A stretch of DNA of 50,526 bases from Aquificaceae bacterium (GTDB lineage: Bacteria; Aquificota; Aquificia; Aquificales; Aquificaceae). This document shows positions 1 through 9,830 of the stretch, piece after piece (the first letter of the stretch is position 1; every line of letters starts with the position of its first letter). Under the pieces are notes generated by a model. The model worked only from the letters and a program-made list of their open reading frames with translations, did not search any database and was not told the DNA's origin. A program made the position numbers and the translations under genes. The stretch is taken from NCBI GenBank assembly GCA_039630295.1, contig JBCNVH010000009.1, positions 1 to 50,526 of the forward strand, read 5' to 3'.

Positions 1-1362
1 ATACACACCGCAAGGAGAGAACAGGATAGCGCCCTGAAGATCCTTGAGGAGGGCTACCTTAAAAATCCCCAATCCAGGAGGTCATGGTCTTTCTGGCGGA
101 GGAATACCTGAAAAGGGGTGAGCCGGTGAAGGCAAAGAGCGTCCTGCAAAACCTCGCCAAGGTTAGCCCCTGACAACCCCCTACCCTACTTCATGCTGGC
201 AAGGATAGCTCTTCTTGGAGGAAAGCAGGAGGAGGCGATAGACTTTCTCCAGAAGTCTCTAAAGGTAAACCCTACCTTTCCTGCGGGCTTTATAACCCTT
301 GGTGGTATCTACGAGCAGAGGGGAGAATATTCAAAGGCAAAGGAACTCTACGAAGACATACTCAAGCAGGACCCCGGCAACAGAAACGCCCTCGAGAGGC
401 TGGGCAATCTATACACCATAAGTGGCAGGTATGAGGAAGCAAAGGAGGTATACAGAAGGCTTGTGGAGCTCTACCCTGAGAGTATGAACCTATACCAGTA
501 TGGTCTGGTGCTTATAAGGGCAGGAGAAACTCAGGAAGCCAGAAGGATACTGGAGAAACTCTATGAAGAAAATCCGGAAAACCCCGATGTGGCATATACA
601 TACGCCATGCTCCTTGAAGTGCTGAAGGAAACAGATAGAGCTCTTGAGATTTACACAAGCCTCCAGAAAAAGCTGGGAAACCATCCAAGGATAATAGAAA
701 GGCTTGCAGGCATATACATGGATAGGAAAGACTATACAAAGGCGGAGGAACTTTTAAAGCTTGGTCTTTCGGTAGAACCCAACAGCCTTCAACTCAACCT
801 GATGATGGGACATCTTCTAAAGGAGAGAGAGAAGTATGAGGAAGCCCTGGGTTACATCGAAAAGGCTATACAGATAGACCAGAAGGACTACAGAGGCTAC
901 TTTTTAAGGGCTATAGTTTACGACAACATGGGAAAGATAGTATCCGCGGAGAGTGACCTGAGAAAAGCCCTTGAACTGAGGCCTGGGGACCCAGAGCTCT
1001 TAAACCATTTAGGATATTCCCTCCTCCTCTGGTATCAGGCGGCGAGGCTTGAGGAGGCGGAGTTGCTCATAAGAAAGGCTCTTGAAAAGGAGCCTGAAAA
1101 CCCCGCCTACATAGACAGCATGGCTTGGGTTCTATACCATCGGGGTGATTACAGGGGTGCCTACGAGCTACTCCTCAAAGCTCTGGAAAAGGAAAAAGAA
1201 GACCCGGTTCTTTACGAGCATATGGGTGATGTGCTTTCAAAGCTGGGAAGAGAAAAAGAAGCTCAGGAAAACTACAGGAAGGCATACGACCTGCTCACAT
1301 CTGGCAGAAAGGGAGAACCAAACCAGAGGGAAAGGCTCAGGGGTAAGCTGAAGGGTCTATGA
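1..1362 (+). CDS. TPR-repeat protein (5'-partial; apparent indels near 76 and 170)
   Basis: ORF 193-1362 has many TPR repeats plus LNHLGYS/AYIDSMAWV/EHMGDV motifs. Upstream frames continue TPR-like (ALKILEEGYLKNPQS / EVMVFLAEEYLKRG...KVSPDNPLPYF) if two 1-nt indels are corrected. Confidence 0.85.
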
Positions 1363-2207
1363 TTTTCCACTGGTTTTTTTGGAAGCTACTAAAACTCGCC
1401 TTTCTTATAAGTTTTTTACTCACCTTTTTACTCTTCATATTTCAGATAACCAGAATTGACCAGATAATACTCCAGTTACCTCTGCGTGAATCCGCACCCT
1501 TTATGCTTCTCTGGTTTTTCTACTACCTTTCTTACATGCTACCCATGTCCCTTTTCATATCCTATTCAATTCTTCTTTTTGAACTTAAGGAAAGTAAAAA
1601 ACTTTACCTTTTCCAGTCTTTTGGAATAAATCCTAAGAGTTTTTACATAAGAAGCCTTATTCCACTAATTCCTCTCTTTGTGGCACTGCTTTTCAGCTTC
1701 ATTATGCTTGGAGAGGAGGACATAAACCATGTGAGGAAACAGCTCACCATAAGATACTACGCCCTGATTATCACCTCCATACCACCCAAGAGTTTCCACA
1801 CCTTTGGACAGTTTACCTTCTATGTAGAAGACAGAAAAGAGGACAGCCTTGAGGGTGTCTTTTTCAAGTTTCAGGAAGGGGTAGTGATAGCCAGGAGAGC
1901 GAGGGTAGAGGAAGAGCATATAACCTTTGAAAGGGGCTCTCTGTTGACCCAAAGGGAAGACAAGACCTTTTCTACGGATTTTAACACATACAGGCTCAGC
2001 CTCCAAAGGGTCATGGAGAGAGAAAAGGAGCCCTCCGAAAAGAGATATGTGTTGGGAAGCTTAAACCTTCTACTTTCACTCCTCTTTATGGGTTTTGCCC
2101 ACCTCCCTTTGTGGTTGATAGAACAACATTACAGGTTCTATTATGCGGTTGGCTTATTGTCCTTTTTTTATCAGGCAACCCTCTTCTTTATAAGGCAGAG
2201 CCTCTAA
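1359..2207 (+). CDS. LptF/LptG-family LPS export permease
   Basis: Three N-terminal TM segments, LPMSLFIS / ESKKLYLFQSFGINP motif, periplasmic beta-rich region, C-terminal TMs. ATGA overlap with the TPR gene. Confidence 0.7.
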   Translation: MIFHWFFWKLLKLAFLISFLLTFLLFIFQITRIDQIILQLPLRESAPFMLLWFFYYLSYMLPMSLFISYSILLFELKESKKLYLFQSFGINPKSFYIRSLIPLIPLFVALLFSFIMLGEEDINHVRKQLTIRYYALIITSIPPKSFHTFGQFTFYVEDRKEDSLEGVFFKFQEGVVIARRARVEEEHITFERGSLLTQREDKTFSTDFNTYRLSLQRVMEREKEPSEKRYVLGSLNLLLSLLFMGFAHLPLWLIEQHYRFYYAVGLLSFFYQATLFFIRQSL

Positions 2208-2234
2208 TTTTTTAATCAAATTTTCATCTTTCCC

Positions 2235-2243
2235 TGTTATCAT
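2235..2243 (+). promoter_or_regulatory. Extended -10 promoter (TGtTATCAT) for the small secreted protein
   Basis: TGnTAnnnT match about 33 nt upstream of the ATG. Strong SD AAAGGAGG follows. Confidence 0.5.
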
Positions 2244-2275
2244 ATTAACCATTAAAACTTTAAAGGAGGTAAAAC

Positions 2276-2512
2276 ATGAGGAAACTGCTTGCACTACTAC
2301 TCGCAGTAGGCTTCACAGGTGCTGTAGTGGCACAGCCTGCACAGGCAACAAAGCAGGAGCAAAAGCAGGAACAGAAGCAGGAGAAGAAGGAAGAGAAGAA
2401 GGAAAAGAAAGCTAAGAAGAAAGAGGAAAAGAAGGAAGAGAAGAAGGACGCCGCCCCTGCAGAAAAACCCGCAGAAAGAAGGAGAGAAGAAAGAGCAGAA
2501 GAAGTAACCTAA
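2276..2512 (+). CDS. Small secreted low-complexity K/E/Q-rich protein
   Basis: SD aaaggagg, Sec signal peptide (MRKLLALLLAVGFTGAVVA-Q), KQEQ/KKEE repeats. The true end may be ...KKEQKK* at 2507 if there are indels near 2477-2485. Confidence 0.8.
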   Translation: MRKLLALLLAVGFTGAVVAQPAQATKQEQKQEQKQEKKEEKKEKKAKKKEEKKEEKKDAAPAEKPAERRREERAEEVT

Positions 2513-2540
2513 AAATGGGGGCTTTGCCCCCTATTTCTTT
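2511..2540. terminator. Bidirectional intrinsic terminator
   Basis: aaaaat GGGGGC ttt GCCCCC tatttcttt between convergent genes. Confidence 0.75.
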
Positions 2541-3292
2541 GCGTTTATAAAGTTTTCAAGAAGTTTTCTGTCCCCTTCAAGCTTCTCAAGTCTTGCGGAG
2601 GCAGAGCCTATCCTGAAACTAAGTTCCATCTTTACCGGAAGGTTTGTTTCTTCGTCCACCCACAGATACCATACGCCCTTTGGCTTTAAAAGACCCTTCG
2701 TTTCCACATTAGGGTGAACTTCTATCTTTCGTGTCATAAAACTACCAGCGGGTGTCTCTACCCTTTCTCTGCCCTTCAGGCTGTAGGGTAGCCAGTATTC
2801 CTTATCGTCGTAGAACATCTTTACAGTTCCCTGTCCCACCCTTGCACTGTCTCTGTAAAGCAGGAGGCTTGCGGTATAGGGGTCCACAAAGCCTCTGTAT
2901 TCGTATTCCTTCTCTTCTTTCCTTTCCACCTCTTCGCTTAGCTTCACATAGTGAACCTCTTTAACTTTTATCCTGCCGTTTTCAAACCTGTATTCCTGAT
3001 ACCTTTTGAACTCACCCTCTTCCTGGTGGTAGAAGAAGTATCTTGGCTTTATCTCTGGCAGGTCCACCCATGCCCCGCCCCTGTTGTATACCCTTTTTAC
3101 CACTTTTCCCACGTTTATGGTGCGGACGAAGCTTTCCATCTTAAGCAGGTGCGCTTCCTTCCTGTAGTCTATACAGGTCTCCGCAACGGGCAAAAAGACG
3201 AGATAAGCCCTGTAACAGGCTTTGAGCTCTCCTGCAAAGGAAAAAGATAAAGAGGCTAAAAGGACTGCAAGTGCTCTAACTGCTCTATCCAC
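2531..3292 (-). CDS. DUF3108-like secreted beta-rich protein
   Basis: Start revised to GTG 3292 (GGAGG upstream, then a signal peptide). DP...GRERVETPAGSF...YLWVDEETNLPVKM motifs are typical of DUF3108. Confidence 0.7.
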   Translation of the reverse strand: MDRAVRALAVLLASLSFSFAGELKACYRAYLVFLPVAETCIDYRKEAHLLKMESFVRTINVGKVVKRVYNRGGAWVDLPEIKPRYFFYHQEEGEFKRYQEYRFENGRIKVKEVHYVKLSEEVERKEEKEYEYRGFVDPYTASLLLYRDSARVGQGTVKMFYDDKEYWLPYSLKGRERVETPAGSFMTRKIEVHPNVETKGLLKPKGVWYLWVDEETNLPVKMELSFRIGSASARLEKLEGDRKLLENFINAKK

Positions 3293-3579
3293 GCCCTGAA
3301 CTCCTCCGCCATACTCGGGTGGTTGTGCTTCAGAGCTTTCTGGATACCTTCCTGCAACACTTCCACAGCCATCCGGTATTCTCCCAGCTCTTCGTAGCAC
3401 TTTGCCAGTATCCTGTAGCCCGCACCCTCATCTTCTTTCAGGCTTAGATATCTCCTCATATGCTTTATGGTGTTCTGATAGTCTCCTGTTCTGTAATACT
3501 CCAGAGCAAGGGAGTAGTGAAGCATAGGGTTATCGGGCGTCCTTTCCAGAAGGTTTTTGAAGTATTCAAGCCTGTCCAT
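3256..3579 (-). CDS. Small TPR protein
   Basis: PDNPMLHYSLALEY...AGYRILAKCYEELG repeats. Confidence 0.8.
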   Translation of the reverse strand: MDRLEYFKNLLERTPDNPMLHYSLALEYYRTGDYQNTIKHMRRYLSLKEDEGAGYRILAKCYEELGEYRMAVEVLQEGIQKALKHNHPSMAEEFRAWIEQLEHLQSF

Positions 3580-4240
3580 TTTCTCTCCTCAGTTTTTCAT
3601 AGGCGGAAAGAAGGTATCCGAGAAAGCTGTTCTCTGGCTGTGCGCCCACAAACTCCGCAAGCCCTCTGTTTATAACTATCTTTGGCACCCCCACCACCTG
3701 AAACCTCTCTGCCAGGTCCATGTTCTCGCTGGCATCCACGATTAGGGTTTTTATGTAATCGCTTGCCAGGGCAAAGTTCATGGCGGTCAGGGCTGCGGAG
3801 GGGCAGTATCCACAGGAGGTGGTAACAAAGACCATTATCTCCAGGGGTAGGTCCACACCTTTTAAGAGTTCCAGGGTCTTCTCCGAGAGCTTTGGCTCTC
3901 TCTTAGAGACCTGCACTATACCCTGGACCAGGGTTGTAAACTCAAGACCTGCGGGAAGACCCACATACCTTATCCCGTAGTCCTTATCACCCTCTATCAC
4001 TATGGTGGGCACCCTTTCTACTTCGTATTTCTGGCTTACCTCTCTGTCCACAAGGGGTGAGTATACTTCAAGCCTTATCTTATCCTTTTCCACATCCGCA
4101 AGCTCCTTTAAAAGGTCCTCCGCAACCTGACAGGTCTCGCATCCTATTGCCTGAGAGAAAAGTTTCAGGTTTACCCCTTCCTTCAGCTCCTTTGAAAAGA
4201 TATCCCTTAACTGGGCTCTAACCTCAAGGTTTAGAAGCAT
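3566..4240 (-). CDS. Protein disulfide oxidoreductase (PDO, two thioredoxin folds)
   Basis: CETC and CGYC motifs, GLPAGLEF, VPKIVIN, FVGAQPE. SD aaggagg. Confidence 0.9.
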   Translation of the reverse strand: MLLNLEVRAQLRDIFSKELKEGVNLKLFSQAIGCETCQVAEDLLKELADVEKDKIRLEVYSPLVDREVSQKYEVERVPTIVIEGDKDYGIRYVGLPAGLEFTTLVQGIVQVSKREPKLSEKTLELLKGVDLPLEIMVFVTTSCGYCPSAALTAMNFALASDYIKTLIVDASENMDLAERFQVVGVPKIVINRGLAEFVGAQPENSFLGYLLSAYEKLRRENGQA

Positions 4241-4284
4241 GCCTTACCTCCTTAAAGTGTTTATTATATTCTTAAAAAATAGAC

Positions 4285-4968
4285 ATGGAAAAGAAAAGAG
4301 CCATAGTGACCGGCGGTAGCAGGGGTATAGGGAAAGCTGTGGTGGAAAGGCTTCTCAAGGAAGGCTGGGAAGTGTGCACCTGCTCAAGGAAGGAAGAAGA
4401 CCTTACAAAGCTTGAGGAGGAGCTGGGAAGACCGAGAGGACTTCACAGAAAAGCCTGCGACATAGGTAAAAGAGAAAGCGCAAAGAGCTTCGTTATGTTC
4501 TGCCTTGAAAGGATGGGAGGTCTTGAGCTGCTGGTAAACAATGCGAGCATACTGGGGGAGAGACTGCCCATAGAAGAGTATCCAGAAGAGGTTTGGGAGG
4601 AGGTCATAAGGGTGAACCTGAACGGTCTCTTTTACATCACCAAGTATTGCTTGCCCCATATGGGTGAGGGTTCTTTCATAGTAAACCTTTCCTCCGGTGC
4701 GGGGAAAAGACCCGCACCTTACTGGGGAGCCTATGCGGTTTCCAAGTTTGGTGTGGAGGGCTTCAGCCTTTTGCTGGCAGAGGAACTCAGGGAGAAGGGC
4801 ATAAGGGTATACGCCCTCAACCCGGGTGCCACAAGAACTCAGATGAGGGCAAAGGCTTACCCCTCCGAAAACCCAGAAACTTTAAAAACTCCGGATAAGG
4901 TGGCAGAATTTCTCCTCAAATTGGTAAAGTCTAAAGCTCCAAGTGGTTCTTACGATTTTAGAGATTAG
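4285..4968 (+). CDS. SDR-family oxidoreductase (YciK-like)
   Basis: TGGSRGIG, NNAS, YAVSK (YxxxK), NPGATRTQMRAKAYP. Confidence 0.9.
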   Translation: MEKKRAIVTGGSRGIGKAVVERLLKEGWEVCTCSRKEEDLTKLEEELGRPRGLHRKACDIGKRESAKSFVMFCLERMGGLELLVNNASILGERLPIEEYPEEVWEEVIRVNLNGLFYITKYCLPHMGEGSFIVNLSSGAGKRPAPYWGAYAVSKFGVEGFSLLLAEELREKGIRVYALNPGATRTQMRAKAYPSENPETLKTPDKVAEFLLKLVKSKAPSGSYDFRD

Positions 4969-4980
4969 ATTAATTTCACT

Positions 4981-7926
4981 ATGGGCCGGAGTTTGGGCTA
5001 TATTCTCATACTTGCAGGAGTTCTCCTGACACTTGTGCTTTACTTCTTTCAGGACCAGCTCGTCCTTAGTAAGCAGGACTTTGCAATAAGCATTTCCATT
5101 TTAAGGATAAGCACCTTCTTTCTTCTCTTCTTTACCAGCACCACTCTTATAGCCCTCGGACAGAAGGTCATAAGTAAAAGACTTTATCTACTGGGTCTTT
5201 TTCTACTGCCTGCTTTAATCCCCGATCTATTCCACATACTCTCTTTTTCCTTCTTTCCCGATTTCATAACGGAGAATAAAAGACACAAGACCGCCTACCT
5301 CTATCTCTTCTCAAGGTTTATGGTTATGGTTGCCCTTTTCCTTTCTGCGTTCAATCACAGGTTTTTTAAGAAAGAAGGGCTTGAAAGAGCTACTTTAATA
5401 CCTCTTACCCTCTTCTCTTTGCTTACTTCCTTCACTTTGGTCCTCTACTATCCACAGCTTCCACCCATCTTTCTTCACATGGACGCTGTAAAGCCCGCAT
5501 GGTATAAGACCCTCTATGACTTCCTCAGCCTTACCCTCTTTTCTTTCCTGGCTATACATATTTACAGGCAAAGGGTTTTTGGTGATAGGGTTTCGCCTTT
5601 CATAAGCCTTGCGGTTGGCTTCCTTGCCCTTTCCGTGTTCGCCTTTAGCCTTTCCTTACACAAACATCCCTTTGACCCTATGGTGCCTCTAGCTTCCTTT
5701 TTCAGATTTCTGGGTTACGGTCTTTTTAGCTTTTCAATCCTCTACCTTAGCGTAAGAAAAGAGGCGAAGGCTATAATGGGTTCTACCCAGAAACTTCTGA
5801 AGGCACTTATGAAGGAAGCGCCGGTAAAAGAGGGAGATGTTTTTTACCTGAACATAGATAAGGCATGCCTTTACGGTATTGGAAATCTTTTTATATACGA
5901 CATAAAGAACAGTAGACTGATAGCACAGGTATATTCAGATAGAAAAGAAAGACCTCCCCATGTGGGTGTAAAGGATGTAAAGGGCTCTGGTAGCTTATCT
6001 CTTGATAGAGACTATCATTATAGCGTCTATGGAGATTACCTGGTGTTAACAGAAGTCAGCTCCGAATACAGCCCGGACGGGGAGAGCCCTCTTAAAAAGT
6101 TACACATCATGAACGTGGAGAGGCTTCTACTCGGTTACATGCTTAACTGGATAGACTTTGACAGGTCTATAGGGGAAAAAAACAAAGAAATTCAAAGGTT
6201 ATACCTAATTCTGGAAACCTCCGAATACGCCACACAGGCATACAACAACATAGAAACCTTTTCCAAGCAGGTGCTCGAGAGGCTTGATTATGTGCTAAAA
6301 ATGGACGGTAGCCTTTTCTACATGTGGAACATAAACGCAGAGCTCCCGGACAAAATCACCTTTTCCACAGGGCTTCTAACGAAGTTCCCCAACCTGAAAA
6401 GCCATGAGCTCATAGAGAAGGTTATGGAAAGTCCAGAATTATACGGTATAAGAGAAAACTACATCTACTGCAAGTTTGAAAGTAGCTACTATCAGGCGGG
6501 GCTTGTGGGTCTAAGGTTATCAAGAGAATTCGAACAGGAAGAGCTTATGTTTTTGAAGACAGTAGCCAACCAGCTTTTCCATGTGATAAGGCTAATGAAG
6601 GTTATAGAAGACCTCCAAAAGGCACAGGCAAGTATAAGGTTACTTGCGGAATACGACCCACTTAGCCTTCTCTACAACAGAAACAGCTTTGAAAAACTCC
6701 TCGAAAAGGAGATAGATAGGGCGGACAGGTCTGGTGAACCCCTGTGTCTCCTTTTCATAGATGTGGACAACCTAAAGGTGGTAAACGACACTTATGGATA
6801 CAATGTGGGAGATTTCCTGCTAAAAAGCATAGCGGAGGTTATAAAGAAGGGTATAAGAAAGCTTGATATAGCGGGGAGGCTGGGCGGTGACGAGTTCGGG
6901 ATAATCCTGCCAAGGGCAAATAAGAAGACTGCAAGAGATGTGGCGGAGAGATTAAGACAGGAAATAATCCGTAAAAGTCTTGTTGTGGATAATGCGGAGA
7001 TACATGCCGGAGTGAGCATAAGTATAGTCTGCTACCCCTTGGATGCAAAGAGCAAGGAGGAGATGATTTCTATAGGAGAAGGGATCATGTATGCCATAAA
7101 AAAAGAAGACAAGGGTAGTATAAAGGTGGTGGATGAGACCACAAAGGAGCTTTACGCAACTTTTAGAAGGGTAGAAAGGGATATACTGGATAGTCTCGAG
7201 AGGGGCCTGGTAGAGGTTTTCCTGCAGGACATCGTTGACCTGAAAACTAAGAAAACCGAGGCCTTTGAAGGGCTTATGAGGTTGGTTGTAAAGGGTGAGC
7301 TCCTTCCTGCGGGGAACTTTATACATATGGCGGAGCAGATGGGTCTCATACATAGGCTCGACCTGACAATTATTGAAAAGCTCTTTCAGGAGGTTTCTCA
7401 ACTTCAGGTAGAAAGAGACTTTCTCCTGTTCATAAACATCTCCCCGAGAGACCTTACGGAGGACTTTATGAAGGAAGTTATGGCAAAAGTGAAACATTAC
7501 AAGATAAACCCTGAAAGGATAGTTTTTGAAATTACCGAAAGGGAAGCCATACAGGACATATTCAAGATAAGTGACTTCATAAAAAGTATGAAAAACGAGG
7601 GTTTCAGGTTTGCCATTGATGACTTTGGTTCCGGCTACGCCTCTTATCTGTATATCAAGTATCTCCCTGTGGACTTTCTAAAGATAGAAGGCGAGTTTAT
7701 AAAGGGAATGAAAAGGTCCGATATAGATAAAAACTTCATAAAGAGTATGCTGGATATAGCCAGAGGCTTTGGTATAAAAACCATAGCGGAGTATGTGGAA
7801 GATAAAGAGACCTTTGACCTACTCGTAGATATGGGCGTAGATTACGCACAGGGTTACTACATAGGCAAACCTGGAAAGGTAAAGGAGAAGCTTATAACCT
7901 ACCTCTCCAAAGGAGCAAACCGATAG
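4981..7926 (+). CDS. Membrane-anchored (MASE3-like) GGDEF-EAL c-di-GMP enzyme
   Basis: About 8 TM segments with DLFHILSF motif, intact GGDEF, EAL variant EGL, EITE, DDFGSG, EYVE, QGYY. Confidence 0.9.
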   Translation: MGRSLGYILILAGVLLTLVLYFFQDQLVLSKQDFAISISILRISTFFLLFFTSTTLIALGQKVISKRLYLLGLFLLPALIPDLFHILSFSFFPDFITENKRHKTAYLYLFSRFMVMVALFLSAFNHRFFKKEGLERATLIPLTLFSLLTSFTLVLYYPQLPPIFLHMDAVKPAWYKTLYDFLSLTLFSFLAIHIYRQRVFGDRVSPFISLAVGFLALSVFAFSLSLHKHPFDPMVPLASFFRFLGYGLFSFSILYLSVRKEAKAIMGSTQKLLKALMKEAPVKEGDVFYLNIDKACLYGIGNLFIYDIKNSRLIAQVYSDRKERPPHVGVKDVKGSGSLSLDRDYHYSVYGDYLVLTEVSSEYSPDGESPLKKLHIMNVERLLLGYMLNWIDFDRSIGEKNKEIQRLYLILETSEYATQAYNNIETFSKQVLERLDYVLKMDGSLFYMWNINAELPDKITFSTGLLTKFPNLKSHELIEKVMESPELYGIRENYIYCKFESSYYQAGLVGLRLSREFEQEELMFLKTVANQLFHVIRLMKVIEDLQKAQASIRLLAEYDPLSLLYNRNSFEKLLEKEIDRADRSGEPLCLLFIDVDNLKVVNDTYGYNVGDFLLKSIAEVIKKGIRKLDIAGRLGGDEFGIILPRANKKTARDVAERLRQEIIRKSLVVDNAEIHAGVSISIVCYPLDAKSKEEMISIGEGIMYAIKKEDKGSIKVVDETTKELYATFRRVERDILDSLERGLVEVFLQDIVDLKTKKTEAFEGLMRLVVKGELLPAGNFIHMAEQMGLIHRLDLTIIEKLFQEVSQLQVERDFLLFINISPRDLTEDFMKEVMAKVKHYKINPERIVFEITEREAIQDIFKISDFIKSMKNEGFRFAIDDFGSGYASYLYIKYLPVDFLKIEGEFIKGMKRSDIDKNFIKSMLDIARGFGIKTIAEYVEDKETFDLLVDMGVDYAQGYYIGKPGKVKEKLITYLSKGANR

Positions 7927-8527
7927 ACTGGAGAAGAAGATTAAGGCTAAAGACCCCTACCGCAGTGTATAGAGTTGCCTTATACCAAAAGTCCATCGGG
8001 TATACCCTCAAGAGCATATCTTCCTCTCTGAACCTCCAGGAGTATGGGTCGAAGAAAAGGTTATGGAAGGCTTCAAACAGCCACTCGTAATTCGTCAGTG
8101 AGAAAAATACAACAGAAAGGACAAGGATTTCCAGTAAAAGGCTGCCGAAGAATAGCACTTTACCTACATTCTTCCTATTTCTGAGACTGAAAAGCCCCAG
8201 AAACCACAGGGGTAGCCCCACATACAGTATTAAAAAGAAAAAGTCCAGAAGCCCCTTCACATCCTCCATGTGTTTTATCTCTCTGGGATTAAAAAGCCCC
8301 GAATTTCTAAACTCTTCCATACCAGCATCGGAGGTCACAGACCTTAAACCCATCTTGGCAATGCTTAACCTGAGCTCGTAGGGCATTGGGTCCAGAGGAA
8401 GGTCCACTCTGGGGTAAAGGAATTCTAAGAAAGTCTCAGTAAAGGCAAGGCGCACTCCGAGAAGGGTCAGAAAGAAGGGTAAAAGGGCTGTGAGCAGAAT
8501 AGCCACAGCCCCCCTTTTGTGAACCAT
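7892..8527 (-). CDS. DUF1461/TIGR01906-like membrane protein
   Basis: REIKHMEDVK, FEAFHNLFF, W.F...D.LLRVYP motifs. Confidence 0.8.
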   Translation of the reverse strand: MVHKRGAVAILLTALLPFFLTLLGVRLAFTETFLEFLYPRVDLPLDPMPYELRLSIAKMGLRSVTSDAGMEEFRNSGLFNPREIKHMEDVKGLLDFFFLILYVGLPLWFLGLFSLRNRKNVGKVLFFGSLLLEILVLSVVFFSLTNYEWLFEAFHNLFFDPYSWRFREEDMLLRVYPMDFWYKATLYTAVGVFSLNLLLQSIGLLLWRGRL

Positions 8528-8531
8528 AAGT

Positions 8532-9500
8532 TTACCTGTAACCCCTTATGGTGGTCGGTCCTGCGTGACAGGCGATGCAGGACTTTTCTCCGCCAACCAC
8601 CTTCACAAGACCGAAGCCCTCCGCTATCTGCTGGTGCTTCATGTGTATGCTCTCTGTGGGCTTGAACTTTCTCACCTGTGGCACGTTCACGCCCTGATGA
8701 CACTGGTAGCAGGTAACCATGGCATCCTTCCAGAGGTTTATAGCCTTTTCTTTGTCTCTGGATTCTATTGCTTTTGAAAGCTCGCTGTAAAGTATAGCAT
8801 TCCTGTGCCTTACCACCGCCTTTAGGTCTTCGCCCCACTGGGCAACCATAGGACCTGCAAGAGCCATGTTTTTGCCACATGCGGAGATACCCATAGGGCT
8901 TCTAATGAGCCGAAGGGCGGTATCAAATTCACCCTTTTCCAGGTGCCCCCTAAGAGCAACGAAAGAAAAGAAGGTTTTATACGCACCCGCCTTGAAGTTA
9001 AGCCTTACATCCGCCAGATATCTGCCCGCCTGAAGGACCTGCTCCTTGCTTGCACCACCCACCACCAGTATGTTTTTACCCTCTTTCTGCACCAGCCTTA
9101 TGGTAGGTTTTTCAAAGCTCAGTCCCAGCTCCTTTATCACATCATTGTTTATCCCAACCACTATTATGTTTTGATAATCCATACCCTTTATCCTTTGGTC
9201 GCTCACGAGAAGCTCGGGCATCCTGGACTGTCTCACATCTTCAGCAGTGAAGCCTATGTCTTCCGTCCACTGACCAAGGTAGTAGGCTATCCTTCCTGCA
9301 AGGGCAACCACCTCCGGGTCTTCCTTTAAGCCATAGACCACAAGGGTGTTGGGTATGGTGGCATCCTTTATCACCGCAGGGGTGCCGGTCCATACCTCAC
9401 CATACTTCACGTAAGGAAACAACCTGTCCGCAAAGGGTGGGTCTATGGCCGGCTGTGCCACAGCCACACCAACAAGACCAAGTATAGCCAGCTTTTTCAT
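8532..9500 (-). CDS. Secreted di-heme c-type cytochrome of unknown family
   Basis: Signal peptide, CYQCH and CIACH heme motifs, SD ggagg. Confidence 0.75.
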   Translation of the reverse strand: MKKLAILGLVGVAVAQPAIDPPFADRLFPYVKYGEVWTGTPAVIKDATIPNTLVVYGLKEDPEVVALAGRIAYYLGQWTEDIGFTAEDVRQSRMPELLVSDQRIKGMDYQNIIVVGINNDVIKELGLSFEKPTIRLVQKEGKNILVVGGASKEQVLQAGRYLADVRLNFKAGAYKTFFSFVALRGHLEKGEFDTALRLIRSPMGISACGKNMALAGPMVAQWGEDLKAVVRHRNAILYSELSKAIESRDKEKAINLWKDAMVTCYQCHQGVNVPQVRKFKPTESIHMKHQQIAEGFGLVKVVGGEKSCIACHAGPTTIRGYR

Positions 9501-9738
9501 GCCTTTACCTCCCTTTCTGGAATTCTATAAAATTTTAGTTTCCTCCAACAAAACCCTTTCAAAAAAGTTCTTATAGAAACCCTTCAGAAAACTTATTTAA
9601 GCATATTCCTATTTTCTTAAGTATGAAACCAAAGCCAGAACAAAAGCACACCGTCTAAAAAATCTTGATAGACAGGCATTTTGTTAGTATTTGACAAAAG
9701 CTGGCTTGCAAAACTTTGGTGTATAATTTTCCTCCTAA

Positions 9739-9814
9739 AGGCGCGTAGCTCAGCCGGCAGAGCGCTGGCCCGACACGCCAGAGGTCGGCGGTTCGAATCC
9801 GCCCGCGCCTACCA
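9739..9814 (+). tRNA. tRNA-Val(GAC), CCA encoded
   Basis: AGGCGCG/CGCGCCT acceptor, GCTC/GAGC D stem, CTGGC-ccGACac-GCCAG anticodon arm, GGCGG-TTCGAAT-CCGCC T arm, ACCA. Confidence 0.95.
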
Positions 9815-9830
9815 TGTTATAATCTTTCGG

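Noticed and set aside
2345-2505. Tandem AAG/GAG repeats as a CRISPR or DNA repeat array
   Set aside because: They encode the K/E/Q peptide. No repeat-spacer structure was seen anywhere in the window.
9551-9600. Imperfect direct repeat AAACCCTT..CA.AAAA upstream of the cytochrome gene
   Set aside because: Only two degenerate low-complexity copies. It could be an operator but cannot be supported from sequence alone.
9681-9830. 50-aa N-terminal extension of AccA
   Set aside because: It reads through tRNA-Val. The real start is MYLDFEK at 9831.
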